Positions 35,516-49,913 of a stretch of DNA of 64,000 bases are shown here, piece after piece. Under the pieces are notes generated by a model. That model was not told the DNA's origin and made no database searches. It worked only from the letters and a program-made list of their open reading frames with translations. Each line of letters opens with the position of its first letter. Position 1 is the first letter of the stretch. The translations under genes and the position numbers were made by a program. The DNA is from Cetorhinus maximus (taxonomy: Eukaryota), in assembly GCF_964194155.1 (NCBI RefSeq), contig NC_135906.1, positions 20,646,001-20,710,000 on the forward strand. Reading direction: 5' to 3'.

Positions 35516-37675
35516 CGATGAAGAAATACATGAGTTATGATCGGGAATGCATAAACTGAATGGGCAGTGGAAGTAGATTCAAATGGGGGAAGAAGGGTGG
35601 GACTAACTGGGTAGATGTTTCAAAGAGCCAGCGCTGGTATAACAGGCCGAATGGCCTGCTTCTATACTGTATCATCCTACAATGTCAATTAGTAAATATT
35701 TTAGACAGCCCTAGGGCTTTGTACAATCTGATATCAATCTATTTACAGAATAATTAAAGGATGAGCTCAAGTCCTTTGCGAGCCAGCCTGGTGTTAATAC
35801 CATGACCTTGCCTCAGTTATGAGAAAGAGACAGGTAGACCCGACATACAGAGAGATGGACCACAGTTGGATTTCCCCTTCTGGTTCCAGGTGCCATCAGG
35901 GAGCAGGCCTCACAGTACTTCAGGTTCAGGGTAAAGGCTAAAAATACAACTGCTTCACACCAGGTCAGAATGAGGGCACACTGGCTACTTACATTCAGGT
36001 GAATGAAGAGGAAGAGAGGGAAATCATCTGCCCTCAATAGTTTTGAGATCCCAGAGAAAATACATTAGTGCACAAGTCTCTATAGCAGCTTTTGGTTCCA
36101 AAACTATGAATGTTTTGGAAGAAAAATGTGTCACACAAGAAATGTAGCAGAACAATAGATTTCAAAAAGTTACACATTTCATTGATTGGGATGCATTAGG
36201 TTTTTTGGCTTTGCAAAAACATAATTAATTTTGAATCCAAAAAGCAAATTGTCGAGGGTAAATTACAGATAGCTGCTGGTCCTGTATATCCAGTTCATTT
36301 CAACAAACTATGGAGTTTCTGGATCTACTCTGCATGAAACTACTGACAGAGAAGAGGATAGGATAGCTGCAACACATATTGGAACGGGTCATTTTATTTG
36401 TTCTTTGGATGTGTGGCTAGCAAACCTGCATTTGTTGCCATCCCTAATTGCCCTTGAGAAAGCAATGAGCCGCCTTCTTGATTCACTGCAGTCCATGGGA
36501 TGTAGGTACAGTCACAGTGCTGTTGGGGAGTTCCAAATATTTTGACCCAGCAACAGCAAAGGAGCAGCGATATCGTGCCAAGTCAGGATGGTCTGTGTAC
36601 TGGATAGGAACTTGTTTGTATGCACCTGCTACCCTGTCCTTCTAGGTGGTAGAGGTCACAGGCTTCGAAGGTACTGTCGAAAGAGCCTTGGCAAGTTGCT
36701 GCAATTAATCTTGTAGATAATACACACTGCAGCGACTGTGCACCAGTGGTGGAGGGAGGGAACGTTTAAGCTGGCGGAAGCAAAAAAACCGGTTCTGACA
36801 CAAGGTCAAGAGGGTGATTTTTATCCATTTAAAGACAAGTACATTATCTAGAAATAAAAGGTGTATTAATCAGATATTAGCATTAGCTGTCCCAGGAGCC
36901 TGCAAGGACAACTAATAAGCACTATGCATAGATCTGGTATTAAAGTACAGGTTACACAGGGAGAAAAGTGCACCATAAGAAACAGTCACAGCGAGGCAAA
37001 TCTATTTAATCCATTTAACCAATTTAAGTGTACATATTAACATGGTTCTCTTTGACATTGTCCAGTTCACAAGGGACAAAAAGTTTTTGAAGTCAAGTTA
37101 GCATTCCGTCTTGCCAACATCCTGCTAATACAATTTCTTGCATATGCACTCAGAGAAAGGAAAAATAAAATGCTTGTTTCCAACCTCTACTAAGATTAAC
37201 CCAAAAGACTGAACCTCAATAAACTATCAAGAACCATCCCCTCCCTAACCCAGTGAGCACTTCAATCTCTTGAAAGTCTTTTCGCTCTCCATGCTGGACA
37301 AATTGTCAGCAAGTACAATAGAGTGGAAAGAGTTGTGTAATGATACACCTCAGCTGTGGGAAGCACCATCACTGCTAGACTGAGTATTACACATAGCAAG
37401 GAAGGAGGAAGCACAGACAAAACAACTTTACCCATCTATAATTTTGGGATTTAGAAACCTCAGACTGGACATGGACAAGAAACCTAATAGTAAAGCTGTT
37501 CTGAAATGTAAAGTTAAAAAAAAGGGGAACATAGGTCAGTAAAGCAAAAACAAAGTGATCAGTGTTCATCAGAAAAGCAAACGCAAAAGCTTCATTGTGA
37601 AGTCATAAGTCGTTTCTCTCAGGTGAATGGTGTTGATGGTTGGTGATAACCTTGGCCTCCTCAGGGGGATAAATT

Positions 37676-37719
37676 TTATTGGTAGTACAGCTCCAGGTTC
37701 ATTCCATCATGGATCTCAT
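37676..37719 (-). CDS. UBL5: UBL5 copy B, last coding exon
   Basis: Same as copy A except synonymous CAG>CAA. Confidence 0.96.
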
Positions 37720-40322
37720 CTGAAAGCAGCCTGGTTAAGGCTTATAAATACTGAGAATGCACAGGCTGCATTAAAGTGTCCAATTCAATCCTACTTTACA
37801 CAGCAACATACAGAATTACTACGATCTGGATTACCATTTCAAATGGTATATAGCCTGGAAATAGGGTCATTGTCTTAATCCAAGCCGGAAAAATACTAAA
37901 TCTGAAACAAATAAAACAAATTTTTTGAAGTCGCCAGGTTAGTGAACAAGGGTAACTTAGTAGACAGAATCAGCTTTGGTTTTCTGAAAGCTGTGATAAA
38001 AGACTTCACAAGAAACTTCTCTAAAAGATTGAGTTACTGATAATTTTTCCCACTGAACTGAAAGCTGAATGCTAGCACAGCTAGCAGGCAAAAAGTTGTC
38101 AATGGGTTTGAATCTGGTTTGCAAGTGGCTACTGTTCCACAGAGACTGATGTTAGGAATTTTGCTATTTACAACTGGTATTAATGACCTGCTTTAAGAGT
38201 TGGGGAGATGGATCCACAGGTTTTCAGATTATACAAATTATGTGCGAGTGTTAGGACTGAGAGAATCCTCAATTCCTGCAAACAGCGCAATTTGCTGGAG
38301 AAATGGTCCAACAATTGGCAAATAGCATTTAACTTAAAAGTATAATGTTATGCATGCAAACAAGTCTCATGCTAAATATGTGCACAATGTGCAGTGAACA
38401 GATTAGAGGCCATTGGTGAAAGAAAAGGAGCTGGGTGTTAAGAGCATCACTCTCAAAACGATCATGGTCAAGGCATAATGCTGCAGTTTCAAAACAAGCA
38501 AGATTCACATGATAATTTACTAAGATAAAATGTTGCCCTTGTACAAGACTTGGGTTAGATCTCCTTTAGAATATTGGCTCCAGTGTTGATTTTCCAATAA
38601 TATGGTTGGGTAGCAGGAAAAGATGCAGGGAAGAGCCACAAGAGCATTATCCGGATTAAAATATCTTCATCACCCAAACAAGCTCATCAGTCTGTATACT
38701 GTAGAAAAGTTAGAGACTCTGGTAATTGGATCAAGGTTTAGAAAATGACGTAGGAGCTGGATTGCATTTACATGGACTGAAGAGATTTGGGGGAACCTGG
38801 GGTCACACTTATAAGCTACACCATGGCAGGACTAGACTTGGTGTTAGGCAGCACTTCTATTCCCAGAGACTAGTGGAACAGGCTGCTGGGTGGGGAACAG
38901 GTCATCTCATTCAAGGGTTGGGTATCCTACAACAAAGTGGCAACACAATTTCTTGCGACTAGTTTCAACCATCTAAAGTGCTGAGAGAGAAATAATCTGG
39001 ACATTTTTCCCCTAATTTGCCCGTTTATCCTTTTTCTGCATCTCCCAGGAGATTATGCGGATCCAGGATGAATAAGGTAGCATAATGCATCACAACTATA
39101 TGCAGCAGGCCAGATGGAAACAATGGATCTTTTCCTGCCGCTAACTTTTGTTTGTTCATGATTGGGATCGCAGATAGGCCAGACTGGGGAAAGATGGCAC
39201 ATCTTTCTGAAGGACATTAATGAAACATATTGGGTTTTTAAATTGCGTTTTACTTGCATCAGAATTTAAAACAGAATTCAAATACACAAGCTGCCATGTA
39301 GGATTGGAAACCCCTTCTCTGGGTTATTGCCTTAATTTTCAGGTAGAGTAGCATAATCACTACATTACAATCCCCAATTTATATAAAATAGTTTTGCAAG
39401 TTATCCATGCATCTGTTCATGCTTCAATGCAACTGCCTAAAGATACCTAGGCTAAGATTTAGCAAAGATAGATGGAATAAAATCCCGCTGTCATCTGGCA
39501 GAACAGTCCCAAGTGAATGGTTACAGATATAGTCTCAACTGAGTTCCTATTAGACTAAGTCAAGCAAAATTGTGCTTAATTTGATGGCAATTGGTAGCCT
39601 TCAAGATGTCCGGAGGCGGCTGGTACAGGAAAGAGGAATTGCATTCAGATTTGGGAAGGGTGAAAAGGGGAGGAAGGAGGTCACACTTAAAAGACTTACT
39701 CTGCATTTGGTCCATTCAGTACTCAAAGCCAAAAGCAAACCTAAAGTAAAGGTTCTATCCCATCCTTCATGTTACTCAACCTTGAAATCTACTGTAACCA
39801 GACAAACAAATGTTTTCCCTATAACTCAGCCTTTGGACAGGTGCGTGGGCAGGTGCACAAGGACAATTGTTTCTATGGTATAAAACAGGAGCAGCTACCT
39901 TCCAATGGGTGCAACTCTTCCTCAAAGTCATGGTTAAAATGACCCTTGTTGATGGGAGAATAGTTTGCCAATACGCTCTGCTCCCAAGACTTTACCCGTG
40001 CTCATCAATATGCATCTCTATTCAATAACCACAAAATGTTCTACACTTGCGTGTGGACCATGAGTCTTCACTGTGGGGTCTTGACCTCCCTAGGGTTCTG
40101 AAGTCAGCAGATTACACTCTCTGTATTTTTGACTTGCAAATGTTGCAAACTAATAGGGAAAAAAAAGCTTTGTTCAGCAATATTTTCCTTTTGTAGACAA
40201 GCTTTTAGAAGTTAGAACAGGGTATTATCAGGAGTGTCTAAGTATTTTCTTATCCCTTCTGCCCCCATTCATACAGAAAAGGCTGGAAGCTATTGGCATA
40301 GTTTTATAACATCAAAAGATAC

Positions 40323-40360
40323 AATCTTGCAACTGAACGTGATTCTTGAAGATGGTATAC
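40323..40360 (-). CDS. UBL5: UBL5 copy B, coding exon 3
   Basis: Identical to 13483-13520; splice sites intact. Confidence 0.95.
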
Positions 40361-40733
40361 CTGGAATCAGAACAAGTTGAATTAGAACAAATAATCCACT
40401 GGGACATTACAGGATGATGCTTCCAATTTCCCACAAGGACCAAAATGCTGAAAAGTTACAATCCTCACACATGGAATGAAATTCTTTTTACATCGAGATA
40501 AATTCAATAAACATCTGCCCAATTTAATTTTTTTTTTGCAAAAGGTGATTAGCATTCTAGATAAGCACATTAAATAAGTAGGAGGATATGCTGATAGGGT
40601 TAGATGAAGCAAACAATGAGAGGAGGCTCATCTGAAGCCCAGGTGTATGCCGGAGTTTGTTTCTGTGCTGCAAATTCTATGTAATTCAGGAAATTAGTGC
40701 CACTAAGCTATGTAAGAAAACATAAGAACAAAC

Positions 40734-40817
40734 CATTTCTTTAGGACGAGCTTGTCCCATTTTGTTCCAGTCTGCGCAGCTATCAATTTCTTCAGGTCTT
40801 TTATGCTATCATCAGGA
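40734..40817 (-). CDS. UBL5: UBL5 copy B, coding exon 2
   Basis: Identical to 13894-13977. Confidence 0.96.
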
Positions 40818-42244
40818 CTGGAGGCAGAAATTAAGGAAAAAGAAGTCTCCAAGTTCGTGCCATTCTGTTTTTACTGCTCATGTGGCCTACTTTTGTAAAG
40901 TTGTAAAGTACATTCTGTGCGACTGTTACCATAGTGCATTACCCCTCATCACCTTCACTGCAGCTTCTGACAGTGCGGGCCACACCATCTTTCTCAGAAT
41001 GCTGCTATACTATTATTATTACTATAACATCTCAAATTTAAAATCCTCATACTTGTTTAAATTCCTTCATGGTTTCCTATCTTTGTAAACTCAACTCTAC
41101 AATAACCTCTCCCCTGAACTCTCCACCACTCCGACCTTCAAGTCTGAGCACCACTCGTTCTCTGCCCTACCATTAAAAGCAATGCCTTCAGCTGCATGGA
41201 CCCATGTTCTGAGATTCACTTGCTAAACTACTCTGCCCTTCCGTGTTCTGAGCCTGCGATAAGACCTCCCTTTAATCCCCATCTTTGACCTGCATCTCAG
41301 CACCTTGTGCTGAGCAGGTTACAGTCTCTCTCAAGTATGTCACTCTTTAATGTTGTGGCTCTTAATGCAATTCTCCCCTACAATCAGAACATTGAGAATG
41401 ATCAGTGCTATAGTAATAACTGAATTTTTAAACAAGGAAATTCTAATTTAGTGAAGCTTAATGAAAAAAAAAAGCTACAATGAGGCTTTGAATTCCCAAG
41501 CTCACCATTATGATTTACAGAAAATCTAGTGACAAGGCTTGTGAACTCGCATTTTATAGGAACATTGTACGTACGAACGTATGAATTAGGAGAAGGCCAT
41601 TCAGCCCTTCGAGCCTGCTCTGCCATTCAATAAGATCGCGGCTGATCGGATTGTGGCCTCAACTCTGTGTTCCACCTACCCCCATTAACCTTGGAGTCCT
41701 TTGTTAGTCAAGAATCTACCTGCCTCTGCCTTCAAATTATTTGATGGTCCTGCCTTCATCGCTCTCTGGGGAAGTGAGAATTACGAAGATTCATGACCCA
41801 CAAGAAAAATTCTCCTCATCTCCATCTTAAATAGGAGATTCTGTATGTTAAAAATGTGTCCCCTGGTTTTAGTCTCTCCCACAAGGGGAAACCATCCTTT
41901 CCGAATCGCTTCTCCTCATAAGGTAACCACCCCCTTCACCTCAGGTATCAGTTGAGTGAACCTTCTCTGAACTGCTTCTTAAGGCAGCCTTATCTTGTTG
42001 GTTATTTCATGAAAACCCCCTCATAACAGGAAGGGTAAAAAGAGATTCTCATTCCAGTTTAGGCCTTTATTCATTTAAGACAGGAGCATCCAAACCTTTT
42101 GCTTAGCTGAAAAAAAAGGTAGAGCCTCAAACACCACAAATTTGTATAACAAGCTGCAGTTCTGACACCCCAAAATAATTTGTCTCCAATTTTAACTAAT
42201 TACAACTAATAATTTTGAGCTAATAAGATAACCACCCCTCACAC

Positions 42245-45200
42245 CCCAGTCAGAGAAGATCGGACCTGCAGGAGATAGTCAGGAGCTGAGGAATGCCTAT
42301 AAATACAGACCAGGGATTCGAGTGAGGCCTACCTTGCTGGGAGTCAGAGCAGAGCTATTTCAGCTGCTGTGGGATGTGGGAGCTTTTGGACGCCAAGGCG
42401 ATCCATGGCAAACACATCTGCAGGAAGTCTAAGCAGCTTGAGGAATTCCGGATCAGGATTATTGATCTGAAAGCCCAAACGCAGACATTGCGCATCATAA
42501 GGGAGGTGGAGAAATATCTGGATGCTTTGTTCCAGATGACAGTCACACCTCTTAGAAGAGGGTCATCTGTTTTGGTCAGCAGGATGTGACTGTCAATGAG
42601 GCAGGTAATGGGACTGAGCAGGCAGTAGTGGAAGAGCCTCAAGCCTTGCAATTGTCAAACAGGTTTGAGGTACTCACAACCTGTGTGGATGAAAGAGAGA
42701 TCTGCAAGGTGGATGAGCTGACTGGCCATGGCACTGTGGCACAGGAAGCCATTCAAGCAGGGGGAGCAAAATTAAACATAGCCGTAGTAGGGGGGTAAAC
42801 ACTGTTCTCTGCAGTAAAGAGAGAGAGTCCAGATGGCTATGTTGCCTGCCCGGTGCCAGGATTCGGGACATCCGCTCAGGGCTGGAGGGAACTTGCAGTA
42901 GGAACGCGGGATCCAGTTGTCGTGGTCCATGTAGGTACCAGTGACAGGTAGAACTCGGGAAGAGATTCTGCAAAGTCAGTATGAAGAGTTAGATACCAAA
43001 TTAAGAAGTAGAACCTCAAAGGTAGCAATCTCTGGATCATTACCTGAGTCACATACAAATTGGCATAGGGCAAATAAAATTAGAGAAGTGAATGTGTGGC
43101 TGAAAGACTGGTGAGGGAGAAGCGGGTTCTGGTTTGTGGGGCACTGGCATCAGTACTGGGGAAAGTGGGGTCTGTACTGTTAGGACGGTTTACACCTGAA
43201 CCATGCTGGGACAAGTGTCCTCACAAATCACAGAACTAGGGAACTCAAGAGGTCTGAGGATTAAGCTTGGGTAGAGGTAGCAATTCAAGGTGTAGAATCA
43301 AGACAGGGGAGGGAAATACTAATGAGAAATGAGGATCAGAGAATGGTAGGAAGGGATAGAGAAAAAAACCTAAGAATATATCAACAGTCAAGACTAGACA
43401 TTACAAAGGTAACAAAAAGACAAAACCGAAGGCTCTCTATCTGAATGCACGTAACATTCATTTACTTTCTTATGAATGCATGGCCCACGTTGAAGTAAAT
43501 AAATATGATCTGATAGCAATTACGGAGACATGGATGTAGGACGACAAAGATTGGGTCCTTAATATTGAGGCGTACATGGCTTTCAAGAAGAATAGGAAGC
43601 TTGGAAAAGGTGGAGGGATAACACTGTTAATTAAAGAGGGCATTGATGCAATAGTTAGAGATGACCTTGGTTCAGGAGATCGGGATGTAGAATCGGTTTG
43701 GGTGGAGATGAGGAATAGTAGGAGAAAAAAGTCATTAGTGGGAGTGGTCTATAGGCCCCCTAACAGTAACCACAGTGTAGGACAAAGTATTCAAGAGAAA
43801 ATATTGTATGCTTGCAATCAAGGGATGATAATAACCATGGATGATTTTAATCTACATATAAGCTGGAAAAAAATCAGACTGATAGCAGTAACCGGGACGA
43901 GTTCATAAAATGCTTTCAAGATAGTTTCTTAGAGCAACCAACCAGACAGCAGGTTATATTAGACTTGGTATTGTGTAATGTGACAGGATTAATTAATGAC
44001 CTCAGGGTAAAGGCACCTCTAGGTGGCAGTGGTCACAACATGCTTGAATTTTATATCCAGTTTGAAAGGGTGAAGAACAAATCTAAGACTAGTATCTTAA
44101 ACTTAAATAAGGGCAACTATGTGGGGACAAAAGCTGAGCTAGCTGAAGTGAACTGGGAAACTAGGCTAGAGGAAAGATCAATAGAGAAGCAGTGGCAGAC
44201 ATTTAGGGGGATATTTCAGAGTATTCAGAATAAGTACATTCCTATTCTAAAGAAAAATTCTAAAAGGGAGAACCCATCATCCATAGTTAACTAAAAAAGT
44301 TAAGGAAAGCATCAAACTTAAGGAAAAAGCATACAACTCCGCAAAGATGAGTGTCGAGGCAGATGATTTGGTCAGAATTTAAAGAATGGAAAAGAATGAC
44401 TAAAAGGTTAATCAGGAGAAAGAAATTAGAGTATAAGGGGAAGCTAGCTAGAAATCTAAAAACGGATTGCAAGAGTTTTTACAGGTATTTAAAAAAGAAA
44501 AGAATAAGTAAAGTGAGTGTTGGTCCTCTAGAGAGTGACAATGGAGAGTTAATAGTTGATAATAAGGAAATGGCAGATGAAATGAACCAACATTTTGCTC
44601 TGTGTTCACAATAGAAGATACAAAAAAACATTCCAGTAATAGATGCAAATCAGGAGGTGAAAGGGAGAGAGGAACTTGGTGAAATTGAAATCACTAGGGA
44701 AACAGTACTAAGCAAATTGATGGAGCTGCAGACTGACAAGTCTCCGGGTCCCGATGGACTTTATCCTAGGGTCTTAAAAGAGGTAGTTAATGAGGTAGTC
44801 GTGCGCTGGTGTTAATTTTCCAAAATTCACTAGATTGTGGAAAGGTTCCATCGGACTGGCAAATATAACCCCTCTATTCAAGGGGGAAATAAGCCAGTTG
44901 GCTTGATGTCTGTCATGGGGGAGTTGTTAGAATCGATCATTAAGGAGGTTTTAGCTGGGTACTGAGAAGAGCTCAAGGCAATTGGAAAGAGTCAGCATGG
45001 CTTTGTGAAAGGGAAATCATGTTTAACCAATTTATTGGAGTTTTTTTGAAGGTGTAACACGCACGGTGGATAAAGGGGAGCCTGCAGACATACTGTACTT
45101 GGATTTCCAGGAAGCATTTGATAAGGGGTTACATCAAGGTTATTAGGGAAAATAAAAGTGCATGGTGCAGGGGGTAACATGAGGTATGGATAGAAGATTG

Positions 45201-46250
45201 GCTGGCTGGCAGAATGCAGAGCATGCATAAATGGGTCTTTTTCTGATTGGCAGGATGTGATGAGTAGAGACCCACAGGGATCTGTACTGGGGCCTCAGCT
45301 TTTCACGATTTACATCAATGACTTAGACGACGGGAGTGGAGACATCGTAGCCAAATTTCCAGATGACACAAAGATAGGTAGGAAAGTATGTTGTGAAGAG
45401 GACATGAGGAGGTTGCAGATGGATATAGAAAGTGAGTGGGCAAAGATCTGGAAAATGGTGTTTAACGCGGCAAAATGTGAAGTTGTTCACTTTGACAGGA
45501 AGGACCAAAACAGTATTACTTAAATGGAGAACAGCTGCATAATTCTTAGATGCAGAGGTATCTAGGTGTTCCAGTACATGAGTCACAAATAGTATGCAGG
45601 TACAGCAAGTAATTAAGGCTAATGGAATGCTATCCTTTATTACGAGAGGGATTGAGCATAAAAGTAAGGATTTTATGCTTCAGTTATACAGGGCATTGGT
45701 GAGACCACATCTCGAATACTATGTGCAGTTTTGGTCTCTTTATTTAAGGAAGGGTGTAAATGCGTTGGAGGCAGTTCAGGTTTACTAGATTGATACCTGG
45801 AATGAGTGGGTTGTCTTATGGGGAACGGTTGGACAGACTGGGCTTGTTTCCACTGGAGTTTAGAAGAGTGAGGGGCGATTTGATTGAAGTTTCCAAGATC
45901 CTGAACAGGCTTGACAAGGTGGACGTTGAAAGGACGTTTCCTCTTGTGGGTGAGTCCAGAATTAGGGGTCACTGTTTTAAAGTTAGGGCAGATGAAGAGG
46001 ATTTTTTTCTCTCAGAGGGCTGTGCAACTTTGGAACTCTCTGTCTCAGAAGGTGGTGGAGGTGGGGTCATTGAATATTTTTAAGGCACAGGTAGATTGAT
46101 TCCCTTGCCTAATCAGAATCTAAGATTATCGGGGGTAGATGGAAATGAGGAAATCAAAACAGAAGTAGATCAGCCATGATCTTATTGAATGGCGCAGCAG
46201 ACTCGAGGGGCTGAATGGTCTCCTCCTGTTCCTATTTCTTATGTTCTAAT
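42245..46250 (+). mobile_element. Decayed CR1 LINE in UBL5 intron, copy B
   Basis: Paralog of 14330-18180; retains about 44650-44860, which copy A lacks. Confidence 0.92.
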
Positions 46251-46374
46251 AATTATAACTAATTATATAGCCCATAACCAACAGTTAAGAAACCAACAGA
46301 AGAGTTCACTTAATGGCTGTAAATATTCCAATTAAAAAGACAGTAATGTTGCACTACCCATCTTAAAAGGATAC

Positions 46375-46430
46375 TTGCACTTCACTCGGACTTTCTTTCC
46401 TAAACGATCGTTGCAAATTATCTCAATCAT
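46375..46430 (-). CDS. UBL5: UBL5 copy B, coding exon 1
   Basis: Identical to 18308-18363; U12 donor gtatcctttt. Confidence 0.97.
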
Positions 46431-47024
46431 TCTTAGGAATTCCTAGGAAGATGGTGGGGAGGGAAGAAAAAAAAATATAGTGCTTAAAAGAAAGCTTAAC
46501 AATGCAACTTTGCAGAACGCAGTGCAGAACCAAAGTACCATATCTACACGAACGTTAGAAAATTATTAAAGAGCTGTGATCCGGAACCCGACGTCTACGA
46601 GCTTGTTGGAAGCAGATTCAATGGTAACTGCCAAAGAGAATTGGATAAATATTTGAAGTGAAGTGAAGCATGAACGGGGCTATAGGGAAAGAGGAGAGAC
46701 ACAAGTTAGACAATTTCAAATAGCTAGCAAAGGTACGATAGGCCAAATGACCTTCCTCTGTACCATACCACGGTTCTATTAGAATGCAAGGACATCCATA
46801 TTTTGATCTTCACTGTATCTAAAGTCCAATACTCCCAGAGGAATAAAGTCCAATTTACAATATGGGCAAGTTTAGTCATATTTAAGCTATCATTTCCATA
46901 ACATGGTCCAGTATCAAAATCGATTTGGACACTGTAGGTTGAAGCACCGGAACGTTCTCCTGATTAGAAACCCCAGAGTGATGCTTTAACCTCCAGCCTG
47001 TTGAAATAAACTCCAGAAACTGAA

Positions 47025-47550
47025 CTGGCCATAGAAATACTGTGGCTACACCAGCAGGTCAGAGGCTAGAAATCCTGCAGCAAGTATCTCACTTCCTGAC
47101 TCCCCAAAGCCTGTCCACCATCTACATGGCACAAGTCAGGGGTATGATGGAATACCCCCCACTTGCCTGGATGAGTGCAGCTCCAACAACACAAGGAGCT
47201 TGACACCATTCAGGACAAAGCAGCCCGCTTGATTGGCCATCTACAAAGCGCACTGCAGCAACTCACCAAGCCTCCTTAGACAGCACCTTCCAAACCCACA
47301 ACCACTACCATCTAGAAGGACAAGGGCCACTCACCATCCTGACTTGGAAATATATCGCCGTTAGTTCACTGTTACTGGGTAAACATGTGGAACTCCCTCC
47401 CTAACAGCACTGTGGGTGTACCTACACCACGTGGACTGCAGCAGTTCAAGGCAGCAACTCAGCAACACCTTCTCCAGGGCAATTAGGGATGGGTAATAAA
47501 TGCTGGCCTAGTCAGCAACGCCCACATCCCATGAGTGAATATTAAAAAAA
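47025..47550 (+). mobile_element. Non-LTR retrotransposon 3' fragment, copy B
   Basis: Paralog of 18950-19740 without the Penelope insertion. Confidence 0.72.
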
Positions 47551-49040
47551 GTCAAGTTTACACTCCTGACTCTAGGGTAAAAGAATCACACGGCACAGAT
47601 GGAAGCCATTTGTAAAAGTGTTATTAAATTCGTCCCACGCTCCTGTTCTTCCCCCATAAACCTATAATTCTTTTCTTTTTCAAGTATTTATTCAATTCCA
47701 TTTTGAAAGTTACTACTGAATCTGTCTCCACTGCCCTTTAGGGCAATGTATCTGATGCAAAATATTCCCACAGTAGAAGGATTAGAGTGGAGTTGAATAA
47801 GAAATAGGAGTATCAGTAGGCCAAATGGCCCCTTGAGCCTGCTCCACCTTTCAAGAAGATCATAGCTGGCTGGTTGACCTGAACACCACCTTCCCACCCA
47901 AATACAAAATCCCTCGATTTCCTCAACATCCAAACTATCAATCACACTCCTCAACAACTTAGCATCCACAGCTCTGAGTGACAAAATTCCTCCTCATTCC
48001 CGTCCTAAATGGTCAACCCCTTACCTTGAGGTTATGCTCTCTAGTTCTAGGATGTCTGTCCCAGGGCGGGGGCGGGGGCAGGGGCAGGGAAGAAACAACC
48101 TCCCAACATCTAATCGAACATACAGACTAACAAGGAGGAGGCCATTCAGCCCCTCGAGCCTGCTTTGCCATTCAATAAGATCATGACTGATCTGATAGTA
48201 ACCCTAAATCTGCATCGCGCCTACCCCATCCTGTCAAGCCCTCCCGGAGTGCTATTTTTCCTATGAGATCATCCCTCATTCTTCTGAGCTCTAGAGCCCA
48301 AGCACATACTATTCAGTAACTCATCTCAAGGACAACAGAGGCATGGGGAAAACCACTCAGCCGCAAGTTCCCCTCCAAGCCACACTCACCATCCTGACTT
48401 GGAAATATACCACCGTTCCTTCACTGCAGGGCGGGTCAAAATCCTGGAACTCCTTCCCTAACAGCACCTTGGGTGTACCTACACCGCAGGGACAATAGCG
48501 GTTCAAAGCAGCAGCCCACCACCACCACCACCTTCTCAAGGGCAATTAGGGATGGGCAACAAACACTGGCTATACCAACAACACCCATATACACACACAA
48601 GAAAAAACAGAAGGTGATAGAGGTCTGGAAGTCACTACCTAGGAGGAAAGTGGAGGGAGAAACCCTCATCATGTTGGCACTTGAAATGCCTGAACCTACA
48701 AGGCTATGGACCAAGAGCTGGAAGGGGGTGGGGATGAGACTGGATGGCTCTTTTTTCAGCTAGTACCAGCAAGATGGGCCAAACAGCCTCCGTTTCTGCT
48801 CCAGACCTTCAATAATCCATTAATTTTAACGAAATATCAAAATGAATGATCATTAATGCACCCGGGGCCCTGAATTCTCCAGCTGCCCAGACCACAAGTC
48901 CTCGGGATTTAATTAACATGCGCAGGAGGTCGTAGAAAATCAGGCAGCTGTTTATTTACTGACAGTTTGTTGTATTTTCGAACATGGAAAGTCCCAGCTC
49001 ACACTCGGGGACCGTTTATATCGGCGACATCTTCACTTAC

Positions 49041-49913
49041 CTGCTCACCCCCCCCCCCCACCCGATTACTCAGGATCTCTTCCGCGCAGCAACATAACTA
49101 GGCCGCAGCCCCGCCCGTTAGCAACAGGGTCCCCCTCGCCTGATTGACGGCTCTCTTGGCCAATGAGACGTCGGGAAAGCCATGCGGACGGCACCATCGT
49201 CGCCTAGCGGACCAATAGGACCTCGGGATAAAGAAATACCCGCCCCTTTCGCCCATTTAGAATCAGAGCAGCAATTTCTCGAAACAAAAACGTTTTTAAG
49301 ACATCGACTTGCAACGCTTCATGTTGATTAGATAATTTTAAAATAAGATTTGCCGGTAAAATCATGTATTTTCGATGGTAGGAAAGCGAGATTACAGAAC
49401 TCTCGCATGGTTGTCAATGCAAATAGCACAAGACATATAAATGCAGCTTTTTTTCTGTTTTCTCTCATGTCTTAATAGCCGCAATAATTTGTTTTAAGGG
49501 CAATAATACGATGGTTTATCATATCCGAATCAGCGAACCTGAATAAGTTGCTATCAAATTTGGACGCTTTGGGGCCGAGCTTTACTGCCCTCTTGACCAA
49601 TCGGCGTACGGAATTCATGACTGACGTTCCGCTCCTCCAGTAGAAGCAAGGTATTAGCCCGAGGAGGCGGGCCTTATCTCAGGATCAATTGGGCGGGCTT
49701 ACCAGGCACTAAGTTAGTTTGCATGTCAACGCCACGGAGGCGGGACCTGCTCGTGACTGGCATCAGCTTTGACCAATCGTCATTGGAGAACTGGAACAGG
49801 GACGTCATTGACGTACGGAGAGACCAATCAAAATGCAGAGCGACGTATGCGTGCTTCCCGCCCACGCCGCGCTCAGGTTAGGTTGTCTCCGCTCGGCTCA
49901 TTCGACAAGAACC
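49041..49913. promoter_or_regulatory. Bidirectional UBL5/PIN1 CpG-rich promoter
   Basis: Lies between a minus-strand donor at 49040 and the PIN1 ATG; multiple CCAAT, GC boxes and CRE-like gacgtcattgacgt. Confidence 0.85.
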
